64,000 nucleotides of DNA, taken from the NCBI GenBank assembly GCA_964016885.1, contig OZ024743.1, positions 210,614,001 through 210,678,000 on the forward strand. The letters run 5' to 3'. The DNA comes from Eledone cirrhosa. Lineage: Eukaryota. This document shows positions 59,301 to 64,000 of this stretch, piece by piece (positions within the stretch are counted from its first letter, which is position 1; every line of letters begins with the position of its first letter). The notes below the pieces were generated by a model. The model was not told the origin of the DNA. It ran no database searches and saw only the letters and a list, made by a program, of their open reading frames with translations. The translations under genes and the position numbers were made by a program.

Positions 59301-62300
59301 GATGAAAGCTCTTCACTCCATAAGATATACCAGTTTACCATCCTATAGCCACAGATGAAAGCTCTTCGCTCCATAAGATATACCACAGTTTACCACCCTA
59401 TAGCCAGATGAAAGATCTTCACTCCATAAGATATACCAGTTTACCATCCTATAGCCACAGATGAAAGCTCTTCACTCCATAAGATATACCACAGTTTACC
59501 ACCCTATAGCCAGATGAAAGCTCTTCACTCCATAAGATATACCAGAGTTTACCATCCTATAGCCACACATGAAAGCACTTCACTCCATAAGATATACCAC
59601 AGTTTACCATCATATACCCACAGATAAATGCACATCACTCCATAAGATATACCACAGTTTACCATCCTATAGCCACAGATGAAAGCTCTTCACCCCATAA
59701 GATATACCACAGTTTACCATCCTATAGCCACAGATGAAAGCTCTTCGCTCCATAAGATATACCACAGTTTACCATCCTATAGCCACACATGAAAGCTCTT
59801 CACTCCATAAGATATACCACAGTTTAACATCCTATAGCCACACATGAAAGCTCTTCACTCCATAAGATATACCACAGTTTACCATCCTGTAGCCAGATGA
59901 AAGCTCTTCACTCTATAAGATATACCACAGTTTACCATCCTATAGCCAGATGAAAGCTCTTCACTCCATAAGATATACCACAGATTACCATCCTGTAGCC
60001 AGATGAAAGCTCTTCACTCCATAAGATATACCACAGATTACCATCCTGTAGCCAGATGAAAGCTCTTCACTCCATAAGATATACAACAGTTTACCAACCT
60101 ATAGCCACAGATGAAAGCTCTTCACTCCATAAGATATACCACAGTTTACCATCCTATAGCCAGATGAAAGCTCTTCACTCCATAAGATATACCACAGTTT
60201 ACCATCCTATAGCCACACATTAAAGCTCTTCACTCCATAAGATATACCACAGTTTACCAACCTATAACCACAGATGAAAGCTCTTCACTCCATAAGTTAT
60301 ACCACAGTTTACCATCCTATAGCCAGATGAAAGCTCTTCACTCCATAAGATATACCAGTTTACCATCATATAGCCACAGACGAAAGCTCTTCACTCCATA
60401 AGATATACCACAGTTTACCATCCTATAGCCAGATGAAAGCTCTTCACTCCATAAGATATACCACATTCTACCATCCTATAGCCAGATGAAACCCTTCACT
60501 CCATAAGATATACAACAGTTTACCATCCTATAGCCACAGATGAAAGCTCTTCACTCCATAAAATATACCACAGTTTACCATCCTATGGCCACAGATGAAA
60601 GCTCTTCACTCCATAAGATATACCACAGTTTACCATCCTATAGCCACACATGAAAGCTCTTCACTCCATAAGAGATACCACAGTTTACCATCCTATAGCC
60701 ATACATGAAAGCTCTTCAGTCCATAAGATATACCACAGTTTACCATCTTATAGCCACACATGAAAGCTGTTCACTCCATGAGATATACCACAGTTTACCA
60801 TCCTATAGCCATGCATGAAAGCTCTTCAGTCCATAAGATATACCACAGTTTACCATCCTATAGCCACAGATGAAAGCTCTTCACTCCATAATATATACCA
60901 CAGTTTAACATCCGATAGCGAGATGAAAGCTCTTCACTCCATAAGATATACCACGGTTTACCATCCTATAGCGACACATGAAAGCTCTTCACTCCATAAG
61001 ATATACCACAGTTTACCATCCTATAGCTACAGATGAAAGCTCTTCACTCCATAAGATATACCACAGTTTACCATCCTATGGCCACACATGAAAGCTCTTC
61101 ACTCCATAAGATATACCACAGTTTACCATCCTTTCGCAAGATGAAAGCTCTTCACTCCATAGGATATACCACAGTTTACCATCCTATAGCCACCCATGAA
61201 AGCTCTTCACTCCATAAGATATACCACAGTTTACCATCATATGGCCACACATCAAAGCTCTTCACCCATGAGATATACCACAGTTTACCATCCTGTAGCC
61301 AGATGAAAGCTCTTCACTCCATAAGATATACAACAGTTTACCATCCTATAGCCACACATGAAAGCTCTTCACTCCATAAGATATACCACAGTTTACCATC
61401 ATATAGCCACAGATGAATGCACATCACTCCATAAGATATACCACAGTTTACCATCCTATAGCCACAGATGAAAGCTCTTCACCCCATAAGATATACCAGA
61501 GTTTACCATCCTATAGCCACAGATGAAAGCTCTTCGCTCCATAAGATATACCACAGTTTACCATCCTATAGCCACACATGAAAGCTCTTCACTCCTTAAG
61601 ATATACCACAGTTTACCATCCTATAGCCACAGATGAAAGCTCTTCGCTCCATAAGATATACCACAGTTTACCATCCTATAGCCACACATGAAAGCTCTTC
61701 ACTCCATGAGATATACCACAGTTTAACATCCTATAGCGACACATGAAAGCTCTTCACTCCATAAGATATACCACAGTTTACCATCCTGTAGCCAGATGAA
61801 AGCTCTTCACTCTATAAGATATACCACAGTTTACCATCCTATAGCCAGATGAAAGCTCTTCACTCCATAAGATATACCACAGTTTACCATCCTGTAGCCA
61901 GATGAAAGCTCTTCATTCCATAAGATATACCACAGTTTACCATCCTATAGCCACACATGAAAGCTCTTCACTCCATAAGATATACCACAGTTTACCATCC
62001 TGTAGCCAGATGAAAGCTCTTCATTCCATAAGATATACCACAGTTTACCATCCTATAGCCACACATGAAAGCTCTTCACTCCATAAGATATACCACAGTT
62101 TACCATCCTATAGGCAGATGAAAACTCTTCACTCCATAAGATATACCACAGTTTACCACCCTATAGCCAGATGAAAGCTCTTCACTCCATAAGATATACC
62201 AGTTTACCATCCTATAGCCACAGATGAAAGCTCTTCGCTCCATAAGATATACCACAGTTTACCACCCTATAGCCAGATGAAAGATCTTCACTCCATAAGA

Positions 62301-62360
62301 TATACCAGTTTACCATCCTATAGCCACAGATGAAAGCTCTTCACTCCATAAGATATACCA
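56380..62360 (+). repeat. Tandem duplication, 2871-bp unit (~53 monomers)
   Basis: Offsets 57944>60815, 58162>61033 and 59031>61902 equal 2871, and the aaagcacttc variant occurs at 56701 and 59572. Confidence 0.88.
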
Positions 62361-64000
62361 CAGTTTACTATCCTATAGCCACAGATGAAAGCTCTTCACT
62401 CCATAAGATATACCAGTTTACCATCCTATACCCACAGATCAAAGCTCTTCACTCCATAAGATATACCACAGTTTACCACCCTATAGCCAGATGAAAGCTC
62501 TTCACTCCATAAGATATACCACAGTTTACCATCCTATTGCCACACATGAAAGCTCTTCACTCCATAAGATATACCACAGTTTACCATCATATACCCACAG
62601 ATAAATGCACAACACTCCATAAGATATACCACAGTTTACCATCCTATAGCCACAGATGAAAGCTCTTCACCCCATAAGATATACCACAGTTTACCATCCT
62701 ATAGCCACAGATGAAAGCTCTTCGCTCCATAAGATATACCACAGTTTACCATCCTATAGCCACACATGAAAGCTCTTCACTCCATAAGATATACCACAGT
62801 TTAACATCCTATAGCCACACATGAAAGCTCTTCACTCCATAAGATATACCACAGTTTACCATCCTGTAGCCAGATGAAAGCTCTTCACTCCATAAGATAT
62901 ACAACAGTTTACCAACCTATAGCCACAGATGAAAGCTCTTCACTCCATAAGATATACCACAGTTTACCATCCTATAGCCAGATGAAAGCTCTTCACTCCA
63001 TAAGATATACCACAGTTTACCATCCTATAGCCACACATTAAAGCTCTTCACTCCATAAGATATACCACAGTTTACCAACCTATAGCCACAGATGAAAGCT
63101 CTTCACACCATAAGTTATACCACAGTTTACCATCCTATAGCCAGATGAAAGCTCTTCACTCCATAAGATATACCAGTTTACCATCATATAGCCACAGATG
63201 AAAGCTCTTCACTCCATAAGATATACCACAGTTTACCATCCTATAGCCAGATGAAAGCTCTTCACTCCATAAGATATACCACATTCTACCATCCTATAGC
63301 CAGATGAAACCCTTCACTCCATAAGATATACAACAGTTTACCATCCTATAGCCACAGATGAAAGCTCTTCACTCCATAAGATATACCACAGTTTACCATC
63401 CTATGGCCACAGTTGAAAGCTCTTCACTCCATAAGATATACCACAGTTTACCATCCTATAGCCACACATGAAAGCTCTTCAATCCATAAGATATACCACA
63501 GTTTACCATCCTATAGCCATACATGAAAGCTCTTCAGTCCATAAGATATACCACAGTTTACCATCTTATAGCCACACATGAAAGCTGTTCACTCCATAAG
63601 ATATACCACAGTTTACCATCCTATAGCCATGCATGAAAGCTCTTCAGTCCATGAGATATACCACAGTTTACCATCCTATAGCCACAGATGAAAGCTCTTC
63701 ACTCCATAATATATACCACAGTTTAACATCCGATAGCGAGATGAAAGCTCTTCACTCCATAAGATATACCACGGTTTACCATCCTATAGCCACACATGAA
63801 AGCTCTTCCCTCCATAAGATATACCACAGTTTACCATCTTATAGCCACAGATGAAAGCTCTTCACTCCATAAGATATACCATAGTTTACCATCCTATGGC
63901 CACACATGAAAGCTCTTCACTCCATAAGATATACCACAGTTTACCATCCTATAGCCACACATGAAAGCTCTTCACTCCATAAGTGATACCACAGTTTACC

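Larger units (their letters stand above)
1..64000. repeat. Tandem satellite DNA array, 55-bp consensus monomer with 53/54/49-bp variants, ~1,180 copies; runs off both window ends
   Basis: The unit ATGAAAGCTCTTCACTCCATAAGATATACCACAGTTTACCATCCTATAGCCACA(C/G), or its reverse complement, is repeated head-to-tail from first to last base. Most monomers differ from consensus by 0-3 positions. No non-repeat insert was seen. Copy number is 64000 divided by ~54.3. Confidence 0.99.
2318..64000 (+). repeat. Satellite block 3, forward orientation, organised into higher-order repeats
   Basis: Uninterrupted forward monomers. Diagnostic variants recur in the same order at fixed offsets, also visible as identical ORF translations at constant spacing. 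Confidence 0.98.

Noticed and set aside
1175-63854. Dozens of 72-127-aa ORFs (MKALHSIRYTTVYHPIATHESSSLHKIYHSLPSY...) resembling a repeat-protein family
   Set aside because: They are translations of the satellite. Each monomer has an ATG, 55 is not a multiple of 3, one frame contains stops, and ORFs extend only where a 53-bp monomer happens to skip the stop frame. Frameshifting indels are everywhere and no domain is recognisable.
1-64000. CRISPR array or other repeat-spacer system (regular ~55-bp period, short dyad in the repeat)
   Set aside because: There are no unique spacers: the entire period is conserved and differences are isolated SNPs or 1-6-bp indels. No leader or cas genes are present.
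1-64000. Tandem RNA-gene array (tRNA, 5S, snRNA, spliced leader) or telomeric repeat
   Set aside because: The 55-bp unit is too short and lacks a cloverleaf, A/B boxes or other recognisable RNA-gene motifs. The minus strand is G/T-rich but has no canonical telomere repeat or GGG runs in the consensus.
1-64000. TATA-like motifs (GATATA, CTATAG) as promoters
   Set aside because: They do not match TATAWAW, occur in every monomer and have no downstream gene.
2318-64000. Variant pattern as an information-bearing code or diversity-generating cassette system
   Set aside because: The variant order is explained by nested tandem duplication, deletion and conversion. There is no expression site, reverse transcriptase or adenine-specific mutagenesis pattern.
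2318-64000. Apparent excess of C>A and C>G transversions among variants
   Set aside because: This is an impression only. Copies are non-independent because of HOR amplification and the + strand is C-rich, so it cannot be supported without counting unique events.

Overview
The whole 64-kb window is one tandem satellite DNA array with no unique sequence. The consensus monomer is 55 bp (ATGAAAGCTCTTCACTCCATAAGATATACCACAGTTTACCATCCTATAGCCACAC/G; about 40% GC, strongly C>G on the + strand, no CpG), with frequent 53-bp and rarer 54- and 49-bp variants, giving roughly 1,180 monomers. I do not recognise the satellite family or the organism; an array of this size and structure is typical of eukaryotic (peri)centromeric or heterochromatic DNA (inference). 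All ORFs in the track are translations of the repeat, and I call no genes, RNA genes, transposons or CRISPR arrays. The real structure is architectural: (1) a single ~1.67-kb inverted block (648-2320) with 3-bp ATG/CAT microhomology and fold-back palindromes at both junctions, built from sequence related to both flanks; (2) nested higher-order repeats or segmental duplications with offsets of about 1.85, 2.7, 2.87, 6.4, 7.0, 9.8, 36.9 and 40.7 kb, partly orderable in time; (3) two more divergent islands (~1-3400 and ~42340-44900) that share private variants; (4) an internal two-part structure of the monomer, with the same 2-bp deletion arising at both homologous sites. I found no evidence for a new protein-coding system. 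Duplication boundaries were read by eye and are approximate.
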